A stretch of 64,000 bases of DNA from an uncultured archaeon (lineage in GTDB: Archaea > Thermoproteota > Bathyarchaeia > TCS64). The notes beneath the pieces were generated by a model. The model was given only the letters and a program-made list of their open reading frames with translations, made no database searches and was not told the origin of the DNA. Below, in pieces: positions 42,121 through 52,639 of this stretch. A program made the position numbers and the translations under genes. The stretch covers positions 1,478-65,477 of the forward strand of contig CALIUM010000024.1 in NCBI GenBank assembly GCA_938048735.1. Reading direction: 5' to 3'. Within the stretch, counting starts at the first letter, position 1, and each line of letters starts with the position of its first letter.

Positions 42121-43185
42121 ATGAGGGGTGGGAGACGGCAGGTTGAGAGCGACTTCCCCCACAACCCACCTATGACCATGAACCTTAGGCTCTGCCTAGA
42201 GGTGAGAAACCTGGTCTTCAAAGAACTCACGAGCAGCGTCAGGGATGAGGGGCCAAGGGTGAGGGAACTCGCTTCCAGGGTCAGGCGTGAATTGGAGATC
42301 TTTAAGACGAGGAAGCTTGAGCCATACAAAGAGGTCTCAGGGGCGGACGCGGGCAGCCAAATTCTACCTCTAGCATCGAGGAGGTACGCCGTCGTCAGCG
42401 CCCTGGTATACACCCTACCCCATGGAGAGAGGTATTTTAGGGCTCCTGAGCTACTGGTCCTACCATACACGGTCCCAAATGATAGGTTTGAGGGCACCCT
42501 GAGCCTGAGGAGAGAATCCAAACTCTTCGAGACCGCCTGCAGCTTCATAGATGATGGTTGGAGGCCCCAGCTCCTACTCGTCGACGGCCCCCTAGCATTC
42601 AGCGACCTCCTTAGCAGGTTTGGAGGGGAGAGAGACAGATCAAGGCTGGTCGTGGCAGTAAACGGCCTCCTAGAAAGATGCGGGGAGAATGGAATAATCC
42701 TAGCAGGGGTTGTTAAACGCCCCTCTTCTCGACATATAATCCACCATCTTGGACTTCAGGAAGAGACCGACTTATCTGATTCCTTCCTATTGCTACATGC
42801 CCTGAGGCCAGGGGAGAGGACGGGCCTCTTCTCCACAAGGGCCGATAGACTGCGACCCATGGGCTCCACACCCGAAGCGATTAGGCACCCGATATACTCC
42901 TTTTATGGGAGGTTCTCGGAGGACTGGTCCATCCCACCATTGAGGCTGGATCTCCCCGACTTCTCCCTAAGCCACCTAGAGAATGTGGCCGGCTACTGCT
43001 ACAGCTCAAGCTTCTGGAATGGCGTACCACTCCCGATCCTCAAGGCCGATGAGGAGGTCCGCATCTCTAAGCGGTTTATGAGTGAGATCTACGCTGAGGC
43101 CGTCGCTCGGATTGGGCGTCTAACAGGTGAGGTCTCCCTCCTGGCTCCTTTCTGGGGTGAGGGTAGATGGATGGGGATATGCTGA
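42121..43185 (+). CDS. NurA-like 5'-3' nuclease family protein (stand-alone, HerA-associated)
   Basis: GADAGS (the catalytic DGS-type motif of NurA), LLLVDGPLA second acidic motif, GVVKRPSS. If translation starts at Met18 (MTMNL...), the catalytic Asp falls at position 59. The 3' end overlaps the HerA-like gene by 19 nt. Confidence 0.55.
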   Translation: MRGGRRQVESDFPHNPPMTMNLRLCLEVRNLVFKELTSSVRDEGPRVRELASRVRRELEIFKTRKLEPYKEVSGADAGSQILPLASRRYAVVSALVYTLPHGERYFRAPELLVLPYTVPNDRFEGTLSLRRESKLFETACSFIDDGWRPQLLLVDGPLAFSDLLSRFGGERDRSRLVVAVNGLLERCGENGIILAGVVKRPSSRHIIHHLGLQEETDLSDSFLLLHALRPGERTGLFSTRADRLRPMGSTPEAIRHPIYSFYGRFSEDWSIPPLRLDLPDFSLSHLENVAGYCYSSSFWNGVPLPILKADEEVRISKRFMSEIYAEAVARIGRLTGEVSLLAPFWGEGRWMGIC

Positions 43186-44732
43186 TAGGATACACCTACA
43201 GCCTCACAGGGGAGTACCCTGTGGAAGAGTTAAACATCATACTTTTCAGGGATTCGGGGCTGGCTAAGGGCGACCTAGTATATGTTAAACACCCAAAGAA
43301 CGGCTCTCCAGTAGTCTATCAGGTGACGGAGGTCTACCCTAGAAAGAGGGTGAGGGAGTATGAGGCTGCGATGTTGACTGAGGGGAGATTGGTCGACGAC
43401 CCCGACTGGTTCCTACACGCCACGGCCTACCAGTGGGGCTGGATGGATGAGAATGGTGACTTAAGACCCCTGAGACACCATATACCCCCTCAGACCCCCG
43501 TCTACCTTGCGGGGAGGAATGTGATAGAGAGGTTTGTGAGGCCTGAAGGGAATTGGAAGCTCCTCCTCGGAGTGGACCCATCAAGCGACCTAGATGTTGA
43601 ACTTGATATGTATCACTTGATCAGACAATCATGCCTTATCTGCGGCTCCGTAGGCAGCGGAAAAACAACAACAGCCATCTCCCTAATCTACAGGGCTTCA
43701 CTACTCAATCCGCCGGTGAGGTTCTTCATAGTAGATAAGGATGGAGAATACAGCTGCCTAGTGGAGAGGCTGCCCCCTCAAACAGTCGTCAAGGTGCCTT
43801 GGAGGAGCTTCTTTCAGCCCTCGGAGATTCCCTGGGAGGACTACCTCTCCGAGTTCGGATGGCAGAAGACTTGGTGGAACTCGAAGATCCTATTCAGGGC
43901 CCTGAGGAACCTTTACTCAACTAGAAGCCCCGTAACAAAGGCCAATCTCCGAAGAACCCTAAAGGGTGTTACCCCAGAATCAATAGGCTTCGGGAAGAAG
44001 GAGACCGAGTTCGAGAACTACATGCAGCAGGTGATGAACTCCATCAACAGCTCGAGTCTAATCCCAGAGACCGAGACAAACCCCATAGACCCAGTCGAGC
44101 TGCTGAGGAACCATAGGGTCGTGATCATGGACCTTTCACAAGGAAGGGACACATGGTCCCAGAAGCAGGTCGTCATAGCCCAAGTTTTGAGGAGGATCTT
44201 CAACGAAGCCCTGGAGAATAAGCTCTTCGGATGCGTGATCGTCCTAGAGGAGGCGATGTATTACGCCCCCCAGCGGGGGATCTTCGAGATAGGAACTAAA
44301 GAGAGCAGATCCAGGCTCCTAAGCATCCTAAAAGAGATAGCGACCAATGGAGGGAGAAACGGGATCGGTCTCTGGATAGTGACCCAGAGATTAGCCACTG
44401 TAGACAAGACCGTGGTCACCCAGTGCGCAAACAACATAATATGCCACTCCCTCGAGGACCTAGATAAACAGAGGCTGGCTGAGATCGTTGGAGGGGAGTT
44501 CGTAAACCTCTTGGGAGACCTCCCGAGGGGAGAGGCCATCGTGAAGGGAACCGCCCTTAAATGCAGATTTCCAGTATGGGTGAAGGTTCTCCCGGAGGTG
44601 TTCCCAGGCTCCTCAACCTCCAGCCCATTGTCGAGATTTCAGAACATGGAGGCCCTAAACCAGGACCTGGAGATCTCACCTATCAGAGCCACCCTCCACC
44701 CGTTAAATGAGATCCAAGAACACAGAGCCTAA
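43167..44732 (+). CDS. HerA/FtsK-superfamily (DUF87) hexameric ATPase, HerA-like
   Basis: N-terminal HAS-barrel-like region (MLIGYTYSLTGE...). Walker A CGSVGSGKTT, Walker B VIVLEEAMYYAP, sensor/Arg-finger WIVTQRLATVDKTVVTQCANNIICH. No mre11 or rad50 nearby. Confidence 0.7.
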   Translation: MDGDMLIGYTYSLTGEYPVEELNIILFRDSGLAKGDLVYVKHPKNGSPVVYQVTEVYPRKRVREYEAAMLTEGRLVDDPDWFLHATAYQWGWMDENGDLRPLRHHIPPQTPVYLAGRNVIERFVRPEGNWKLLLGVDPSSDLDVELDMYHLIRQSCLICGSVGSGKTTTAISLIYRASLLNPPVRFFIVDKDGEYSCLVERLPPQTVVKVPWRSFFQPSEIPWEDYLSEFGWQKTWWNSKILFRALRNLYSTRSPVTKANLRRTLKGVTPESIGFGKKETEFENYMQQVMNSINSSSLIPETETNPIDPVELLRNHRVVIMDLSQGRDTWSQKQVVIAQVLRRIFNEALENKLFGCVIVLEEAMYYAPQRGIFEIGTKESRSRLLSILKEIATNGGRNGIGLWIVTQRLATVDKTVVTQCANNIICHSLEDLDKQRLAEIVGGEFVNLLGDLPRGEAIVKGTALKCRFPVWVKVLPEVFPGSSTSSPLSRFQNMEALNQDLEISPIRATLHPLNEIQEHRA

Positions 44733-45011
44733 GCTAGTTAATAGTTAAACTCCCCTTAACTGAGAGCCACTCCTAATTAAGAAAATTTTGGGGATCCACA
44801 GATCAGCCCATTAGAAATATTAATTCTGGTAGGATTTGTCCGAAAATTGGAGAGTTATTTTTCTTCTCAGCTCCCTCCCCTTAGTTTCAGAAATGAGTTA
44901 AGCTTTCGTTGAATTACTAACTCCCATCTAGCTTCTCAAAAAACTTATAGTTCGTCGGGCTTGCTTGAAGATGAACCTTTGGCCAAAGCTTTTAATAATT
45001 TCTCATGCTGA

Positions 45012-45956
<945 letters not shown>

Positions 45957-46030
45957 AAGTCCCTTGGAAATGCCTCCCACTTGGACTAGATTGTCTTTTT
46001 AAGGGGACTATTCCAATAGGTGGACTTGAA

Positions 46031-46693
46031 CTAACTCCTAATGGTGCCTCGGAAGGTATCTCTTATCCTGCCCCAGCGGCCCGCCTCGGGTTCTCTGGGC
46101 CCCTTCCTTTCTTCCAATCTGAAGGATTCTGGGACTCTGTATAGGTATATTCTGTGAGAGCCTATGTCGTTGTGAAAGGCCTCATCTATTCTCATGCTCA
46201 TCCACCCATTTATCGGGAAGTCGTGGCTCACGATCCTTGTTCCATCCCTGAGTTCCTTCTCAAACTTGGGTTTCAGCTTCGCGTTTCCGGATGTGGTTAG
46301 ATATAGTGTGATGAGGGTTGCTGAGGAGAGATCGGCTAGGAAGAAGTTCCCCCTTATCACCTCTATCCTATCCTCTAAACCCTTATTCTTGACCTTCCTC
46401 ATCACTGCCTCGCACATTGATGCGTTGAGTTCATAGCCCACCGCCTTCTTCACATTGAACTCCTCTATCGCTGTGAATAGGATCCTCCCATCACCGCATC
46501 CTAGGTCATACACCACGTCGTCTGGCCCCGCTCCCCCCACCTCCAGCATCTTCTTCACGATGTTTATTGGGGTCGGAACATAAGGGGCGACACTGGCTGG
46601 AGCCTCCCATTCGAAGGGGTAGCCCCTCTCAGTGGATCTCAGACGGTCGGTGAGGTGGGATATGAACCTTCTCGAATCCGAGGACATCTTCAC
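46031..46693 (-). CDS. Class I SAM-dependent methyltransferase
   Basis: Motif I VYDLGCGDGRIL. Confidence 0.75.
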   Translation of the reverse strand: MKMSSDSRRFISHLTDRLRSTERGYPFEWEAPASVAPYVPTPINIVKKMLEVGGAGPDDVVYDLGCGDGRILFTAIEEFNVKKAVGYELNASMCEAVMRKVKNKGLEDRIEVIRGNFFLADLSSATLITLYLTTSGNAKLKPKFEKELRDGTRIVSHDFPINGWMSMRIDEAFHNDIGSHRIYLYRVPESFRLEERKGPREPEAGRWGRIRDTFRGTIRS

Positions 46694-46845
46694 AAAGATA
46701 GCAGTCTAATCCCTAAATAACTTTAATCCCCGATGGGATACGCCACCGAGAGTTCCAATCCTTTAAATTTGCATTTGGATTTGTTCAAAATTATAATAAA
46801 ATAGAGTGAAGATTGTTGATATTTAAATCCTTTTATTTAAGGAAT

Positions 46846-47340
46846 TCATAGTTTATATCCTATTTTTCTCAAAAATCTCTTCCTCTCCTCTATATCCGCC
46901 TCGTCCTCGACCCCTCTAGCTCTATATCCATCAACAACCCCCACTATCCCCCTACCTTGTTCTGTCTCTACCAATATCACCTGGACAGGGTTTGCCGTTG
47001 CGCAGTAGATCCCGCAGACCTCCGGGACATGCTTTAGTGAGTTCAGCACATTTATCGGATAGGCCTCCCTGATAAAAAGCAAGAAGCAGTGGCCGGCCCC
47101 TATCTCAAGAGCCTTCTCATAGGCCAACCTCCTGAGTTCTTCGTCGTTTCCCTCATGCCTGACTAGGCAGGGGCCTGAGGACTCGCAGAAGGCTAGGCCG
47201 AACCTGATCCTCGGATTGCTATTCACCAAGGCCTCATAGATGTCCTCCACGGTCTTTATGAAGTGGGATTGGCCGAGGATCAGGTTACACCCCTCCGGGG
47301 CCTTCACTTCGACGATCTGGAACCTCAATTTGGTATTCAT
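46846..47340 (-). CDS. Adenosine-specific kinase family (DUF355/PAE2307-like) protein, tentative
   Basis: 164 aa. Recalled similarity to the hyperthermophile adenosine-specific kinase family only. Confidence 0.35.
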   Translation of the reverse strand: MNTKLRFQIVEVKAPEGCNLILGQSHFIKTVEDIYEALVNSNPRIRFGLAFCESSGPCLVRHEGNDEELRRLAYEKALEIGAGHCFLLFIREAYPINVLNSLKHVPEVCGIYCATANPVQVILVETEQGRGIVGVVDGYRARGVEDEADIEERKRFLRKIGYKL

Positions 47341-47514
47341 CCCTAGGAGATCGTGGCGCCTCGATAATTGAAGATTTCGCCTCGAACTCCCGATCCGATG
47401 AGAAGGCGGTTAAAACCTGAGTTCCTCATGGTATTCGGCTGACGGCTGGGCTGAATAACGACCCTCGTAGATGCTTTTGAAATGGTCTCTTCGGGATCCT
47501 TCGACTAAAAATTT

Positions 47515-48195
47515 CTATTTGATCATTAATTTATCAACTGGAATTAATCTCCTCTCATGAAGAATCTTTTTTAGTTCATCCGGTATTTTATCTATCATAA
47601 GCTCTCCACTTATCTCAACAACCTTTCCCATTTTTATGTATCTATCTAATACCGGTTTAGTCTCTTTATAATAAATCATTATTCTATGCCTTATGATCTC
47701 CTCTCTGTCGTCATTTCTCTGTATCAGCCTTGATCCACACTCGTCGCATATCTCATCATTGAGGGGGGGCTTATCCTTGAGGTGGTAGATCGCGCCGCAG
47801 TGGGGGCAGGATCTCCTGAGGGATAATCTTTCAACGATGACGTCATCCCTGACCACGACATTTAGGACGAGATCGATGTCTGCCCCCTCATCTCTTAATA
47901 TGTGATCTAGGGCTTCAGCCTGTTTGAGGTTCCTTGGGAAGCCGTCCAGGACAAAGCCTCTTTTCAAATTCAGTCTCCTCAGCTTCTCCTCCAATAGGCC
48001 GATTACCAAGTCGTCTGGAACCAGCTCCCCTCGCTCCATGTATCCTTTAGCCCTCTTGCCCTCCTCACTACCTTCGGAGACGGCATCTCTCAAGATGTCC
48101 CCCATCACTATGAGGGGGATCTGGCACATCTGGCCGATTAATCTGGCCCTCGTTCCCTTTCCAGATCCTGGCGGGCCTAGGACAACAATTATCAT
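47515..48195 (-). CDS. adk: Adenylate kinase (long type with zinc-ribbon LID)
   Basis: P-loop GPPGSGKGT, LID CPHCG...CDECG. Confidence 0.9.
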   Translation of the reverse strand: MIIVVLGPPGSGKGTRARLIGQMCQIPLIVMGDILRDAVSEGSEEGKRAKGYMERGELVPDDLVIGLLEEKLRRLNLKRGFVLDGFPRNLKQAEALDHILRDEGADIDLVLNVVVRDDVIVERLSLRRSCPHCGAIYHLKDKPPLNDEICDECGSRLIQRNDDREEIIRHRIMIYYKETKPVLDRYIKMGKVVEISGELMIDKIPDELKKILHERRLIPVDKLMIK

Positions 48196-48355
48196 ACTCC
48201 ATAGCTCCTCGAAGGAGATTTCTATGATGATTACTCGGTACCATTTAAAACATTAGGATGGATGCCTTTAGTTTGTTGAGATTTAACAGGCTTAACCGTG
48301 ATGGACTAGACAGAAATTGTTTTAATTATCTTAAACTAAACATGCATTTGGTGAT

Positions 48356-49741
48356 GTGTTGAGTATCGATTTCGAAGGTCTTGAAGGTTTCATATTCTCG
48401 AAGATGTCCGAGACCAGGCTTCCAGGTCTATCAATCTCAGCCATTAAGGATGGTGAGGTGGTCTACAGCAGAGGATTCGGTTTTCGGGATCTCACCACGG
48501 GGAGCCCAGCGACACCTGAGACCCTCTACTGCATAGGCAGTGTGACGAAGTCATTCACCTGTATATCCATAATGCAGCTTCAGGAGAAGGGTCTACTAGA
48601 CGTGGAGGATCCGGTGGAGAAGCACCTGCCAATTAGTTTAAGGAGTCATGGGGAGCCTGTCAGGATCTGGCACCTAATGAGCCATACCAGCGGGATCCCA
48701 GCCCTCGCATATGCAGAGGCCGTCATAAGGCATACCATGAAGGCCCATGATAGGTGGCTTCCTATCTCGGGTTACAGGGATATGTTCACCTTCATGGATG
48801 GGGCCGAGGGATGGGCGCACACGAAGCCGGGTGAGAGGTGGTTCTACCTCAATGAAGGATACATTCTGCTTGGATATATTATAGAGAAGGTCTCGGGCGA
48901 AGGATATGTCGACTACGTGAGGAGGCACATCTTAGAGCCTCTGGGCATGAGGAGGAGCTACTTCTACAAGGATGAGGTGGATAGAGATCCCGACGCTGCG
49001 ACCCCATACATAGTCACGAAGGATGGAGAGAGGATCCCGAGCACATATCCATATGGAGGTATACTGAGCGATGGTGGCCTCATCAGTAATGCCATGGACA
49101 TGGCTGAATATGTAAAGATGTATCTGAACTATGGTGAATATAAAGGATGTAGAATTTTAAGCGAAGAATCGATTAGGGAGATGATGAAGCCAAGGGTGAA
49201 GACTCCAGATGAGCCATTCATAAGTAGGTATGTCAGGTATTATGGATATGGCCTTGGAATAAGTAGAGACTTCTATGGATACGACCTCATAAGCCACGGC
49301 GGAAGCGTCTCGGTCGCAACGGCCTACATGGGATTCATACCCGAAAGGAAGATCGGGGTTATGATCCTGGCAAACGGCAGCGGATACCCATTAAGCTATA
49401 TCGGGGAGTACGCCTTGGCCCTCCTCCTTGGCAGGGATCCGAGGGACAATCCAGTATTCGGGTATGAGAGGCTCCAGGAGGAGCTTGAAGGGGTCTACGA
49501 AACCTACAAGGCCACCATGAGGGTGAAAGTGGCCAGGAGGGGTAGCCTCCTAACCCTAGATATGGGGGACCGGTACAGGGAGCTCGTGGTTCCCCTCGTC
49601 CCCTCGGGGTTAGTGGGTGAAAGTCTCCACTTCCACGGGATATCTATGGATAGGAAGATCCCCGTGGAGTTCGTAAAGGAAGGAGGTGAGACATACCTCC
49701 TTTACGAGAGGTATAAGATGAAGAGGGTTGGGAAGCTCTGA
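48356..49741 (+). CDS. Beta-lactamase-family serine hydrolase
   Basis: SVTKSF (S-x-x-K), YxN and HxG-like motifs. Confidence 0.8.
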   Translation: MLSIDFEGLEGFIFSKMSETRLPGLSISAIKDGEVVYSRGFGFRDLTTGSPATPETLYCIGSVTKSFTCISIMQLQEKGLLDVEDPVEKHLPISLRSHGEPVRIWHLMSHTSGIPALAYAEAVIRHTMKAHDRWLPISGYRDMFTFMDGAEGWAHTKPGERWFYLNEGYILLGYIIEKVSGEGYVDYVRRHILEPLGMRRSYFYKDEVDRDPDAATPYIVTKDGERIPSTYPYGGILSDGGLISNAMDMAEYVKMYLNYGEYKGCRILSEESIREMMKPRVKTPDEPFISRYVRYYGYGLGISRDFYGYDLISHGGSVSVATAYMGFIPERKIGVMILANGSGYPLSYIGEYALALLLGRDPRDNPVFGYERLQEELEGVYETYKATMRVKVARRGSLLTLDMGDRYRELVVPLVPSGLVGESLHFHGISMDRKIPVEFVKEGGETYLLYERYKMKRVGKL

Positions 49742-49782
49742 CCCCATGCAATCGGAGGACACTAGAGGTTTAACATTTGTAG

Positions 49783-50061
49783 CTATCCGCCGCCGACGAC
49801 TATGGAGAGGACCAGGGTGTCTCCATCTCTAATCTTCTCATCTAGTCTCCGCGCCACCTTCCCATTAATTCCGATGATCACGCCATTTTTCAATTCCATT
49901 TTTTCCGTGTCTAATATAAGTTCATAGAAATTATCACCATATCTTTTTCCAAGAATTCTGACAAGCTCAAACAGATCCATTTCTCCCTCTATCTCAATAA
50001 TCTCACTGTTAGTTCTCGTCAGATCTCTTATATAGGTTAAATATTTAACCTCAATTTGCAT
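49783..50061 (-). CDS. MoaD/ThiS/SAMP-like ubiquitin-fold protein ending in Gly-Gly
   Basis: 92 aa ending ...VVGGG*. Immediately downstream of, and overlapping, the AOR gene. Confidence 0.65.
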   Translation of the reverse strand: MQIEVKYLTYIRDLTRTNSEIIEIEGEMDLFELVRILGKRYGDNFYELILDTEKMELKNGVIIGINGKVARRLDEKIRDGDTLVLSIVVGGG

Positions 50062-51937
50062 TTATTATTGCCCATCCCAGATCCAGTTCTTGAAGCTTCT
50101 CCTCGGTGGGGCACCCCCTCTCATCCCATCCAGCCATTTTGTAATAGATCTCCCTTGCCCTCAGGAACTCGCCCCTCGGGATCTTCTGGCCCTTCCTACT
50201 CCCGAACTCGAGCTCTTGGAAGAACCTCTCTGGGAGGGTATCCATATCGGGTTTATGCCCCTCCCTGATGTTGTATAGCCTCGCTAGGTTGATGGCCCTC
50301 TCACTCGCCTTCATCAACTCCCAGAGGCTTGTGCTCCATCCAGTCACCGCGTTCACTATCTCAACAAGGTGGTTGGGCGTATAGACCCCGGCTGGGTGAG
50401 GGGTGAAGGTGAACTTACAGGCGCATAGAGAATCTAGGAGGCCCCACCAGAGGGTTGAGTAGTAGAAGACCTTGACCTTCTCGGCTCCTAAGTCTAACCT
50501 TCCTACAGGCTTGTTGATCCCCAGGGTTTTAAGGTGCTCAGCTTCCCTCTCGTATACCGGGTCGTGGGCGCACTGCATGTGGTCGGCCCCTGATGGTGAT
50601 AGGGCGTATTGCAGCCCTACCCCAACCTTCCCTCGAGGCTCATGCATGGGTATCTCCTTCCCCTTCACATGCATAGCATACTTAATCGATTCCTCGCCTA
50701 TCTTTTCGGATGAGGTTTTAACCCCCTCCGCTAGTATATCTCCAAATTCCTCCCTTTTAACTATCTTTTCCAAAATTTTCAACATTGATGAGGTATTACC
50801 AAAGTTTAATGAAATGTTTCCAGTCTCTTTTTCTCCTATCAATCCACTCTCGAAGCATTCCATTGCGAAGGATATGACGTTTCCGGCGCTTATGGTGTCA
50901 ACCCCATATGCATTACATATCTGGTTGGCGTAGGAGATTGCGCTAAGGTCGCTGATGCCGCATAGGGATCCGAAGGATGCTACGGTCTCGTACTCCGGCC
51001 CCCCATAGGAGGGGTCGGTGATGTAGGGAGGCTTGCCCTCCACCACCCTCTTACAGTTTATCGGACAGGCGTAGCAGCCCTCCCTCCCTATCAGTATAGT
51101 CTCGTTCATCGCCTCCCCACTTATCTTCTCTAACCCCTCGAGGGAGCCCCCTCTGAAGTTTAGGGTTGGGAGGACCCCATCCATGTTGAGGCCCCTGATG
51201 CCGTCGAGGGTTCCATAGATATGCCGCGCGTTCGCCCCTGGGTATCTTCTCCAATTCTCAGCAAACCACTTGGCGAGCGAGCTTACCTTCTCGGGGTCGT
51301 GGAGTTCCACCCTTCCACGCCCCCTTACCGCCACCGCCTTGAGCCTCTTATAGCCCATTACCGCCCCTAGGCCGCTCCTTCCGGCGGCATATCTCTGGTC
51401 TACTATTATGTTGGCGAACCTGACGAGCCTCTCACCCGCCGGGCCTATGCATGCAACCCTTATGAGGGGGTTTCCGAGCCTCCTCCTGATCTCCTCCACC
51501 GTCTCCTTGGTCTGCATACCCCAGAGCTCGCCGGCTTCGAGGAGTTCTGCCCTTCCATCCTCCACGTGTAAGTACACGGGGCTCTCCGCCCTCCCCTCCA
51601 CAATTATGGCTTCCAGGCCCGCCCTCCTGAGCTCTGGGCCGAAGAACCCGCCAGCCTCAGCCTCCCCAAACCCGTATGTCAGGGGGGATTTTGAGACTAT
51701 GCTTATCCTGTTTATTCCAGGGACTGGGGCCCCTCCTATTATGCTTGAGGCGAAGATGAGCCTGTTATGCGGTGAGAAGGGTTCTACGCCAGCTGGGTTC
51801 TCCTTATAGAGGAATAGGATGCCGAAGCCCCTCCCACCCAGATAGGCCCTTCGGGTTCCCAAATCCAGCTCCTCGGACCTCACCTCCCTTGAGGTTAGGT
51901 TAACCCTGAGAAGCCTGGCTGTATCTGAGCTTGGCAT
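50051..51937 (-). CDS. aor: Tungsten-containing aldehyde:ferredoxin oxidoreductase family
   Basis: 628 aa with AOR N-terminal domain and CxxxC...C [4Fe-4S]/pterin ligand regions. Confidence 0.9.
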   Translation of the reverse strand: MPSSDTARLLRVNLTSREVRSEELDLGTRRAYLGGRGFGILFLYKENPAGVEPFSPHNRLIFASSIIGGAPVPGINRISIVSKSPLTYGFGEAEAGGFFGPELRRAGLEAIIVEGRAESPVYLHVEDGRAELLEAGELWGMQTKETVEEIRRRLGNPLIRVACIGPAGERLVRFANIIVDQRYAAGRSGLGAVMGYKRLKAVAVRGRGRVELHDPEKVSSLAKWFAENWRRYPGANARHIYGTLDGIRGLNMDGVLPTLNFRGGSLEGLEKISGEAMNETILIGREGCYACPINCKRVVEGKPPYITDPSYGGPEYETVASFGSLCGISDLSAISYANQICNAYGVDTISAGNVISFAMECFESGLIGEKETGNISLNFGNTSSMLKILEKIVKREEFGDILAEGVKTSSEKIGEESIKYAMHVKGKEIPMHEPRGKVGVGLQYALSPSGADHMQCAHDPVYEREAEHLKTLGINKPVGRLDLGAEKVKVFYYSTLWWGLLDSLCACKFTFTPHPAGVYTPNHLVEIVNAVTGWSTSLWELMKASERAINLARLYNIREGHKPDMDTLPERFFQELEFGSRKGQKIPRGEFLRAREIYYKMAGWDERGCPTEEKLQELDLGWAIINAN

Positions 51938-52007
51938 ATAAATCGATCGTCATTTTGACGGATTTGAAATAAATTTTTATGGTTCTAAGAGTTCTGGATC
52001 CTAGGAA

Positions 52008-52238
52008 ATGGATACCTATAGGCCACTCACCCTACTGGGGCTTATCTTCATAGTGAGCGGCATCATCCTCGTGGCTCTCCCATTCATCCTTAGGCACCTG
52101 CCAAGCGTGGAGAGGCTCCCATGGATCTTAGTATTTATATATAGGAAAAACGGTTTCTACTTCGCTACATCTCCTCTACTAATAATGATCTCCATAGCCT
52201 CTTTGATCATATATTTAAGTAGTAGGTTTAGGGGTTAG
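52008..52238 (+). CDS. Small two-TM membrane protein, hypothetical
   Basis: 76 aa with hydrophobic N- and C-terminal segments. Confidence 0.3.
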   Translation: MDTYRPLTLLGLIFIVSGIILVALPFILRHLPSVERLPWILVFIYRKNGFYFATSPLLIMISIASLIIYLSSRFRG

Positions 52239-52375
52239 ACTAGAGCTGGATGTTTTTAAGAAGAGGATCCTCCACCGACATGTCGGATATTAGCATCATC
52301 TATCTATTAATCTAAGGCGGTAGGCTCCCTACCAGATGAAGGAGAAGGGATAAAAAGCTCTCAGCCCCCAAGAAA

Positions 52376-52639
52376 GTGATAACCGAGATGAGATTCGCCG
52401 CCAGAGTTCATGTCACCCTTAAGAGGGGCTACTCTGATCCAGAGGGAGAGACAACGGCGAGGGCCTTAAAGGGCTTGGGATACTGTGTTCTAGATGTGAG
52501 GGTTGGGAAGGTTTATGATCTCTCCTTAGAGGCTGGAGATGAGGAGGAGGCGAGGAGGGTCATTGAGGAGATCTGCCTGAGGCTCCTGGCTAATCCCACC
52601 AAGGACGACTACTCCTTCGAGTTGAGGGGTGTGGCTTGA
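52376..52639 (+). CDS. purS: FGAM synthase PurS subunit
   Basis: VTLKRGYSDPEGE ... pattern. Likely start at MRFAARV (52388). Confidence 0.85.
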   Translation: MITEMRFAARVHVTLKRGYSDPEGETTARALKGLGYCVLDVRVGKVYDLSLEAGDEEEARRVIEEICLRLLANPTKDDYSFELRGVA

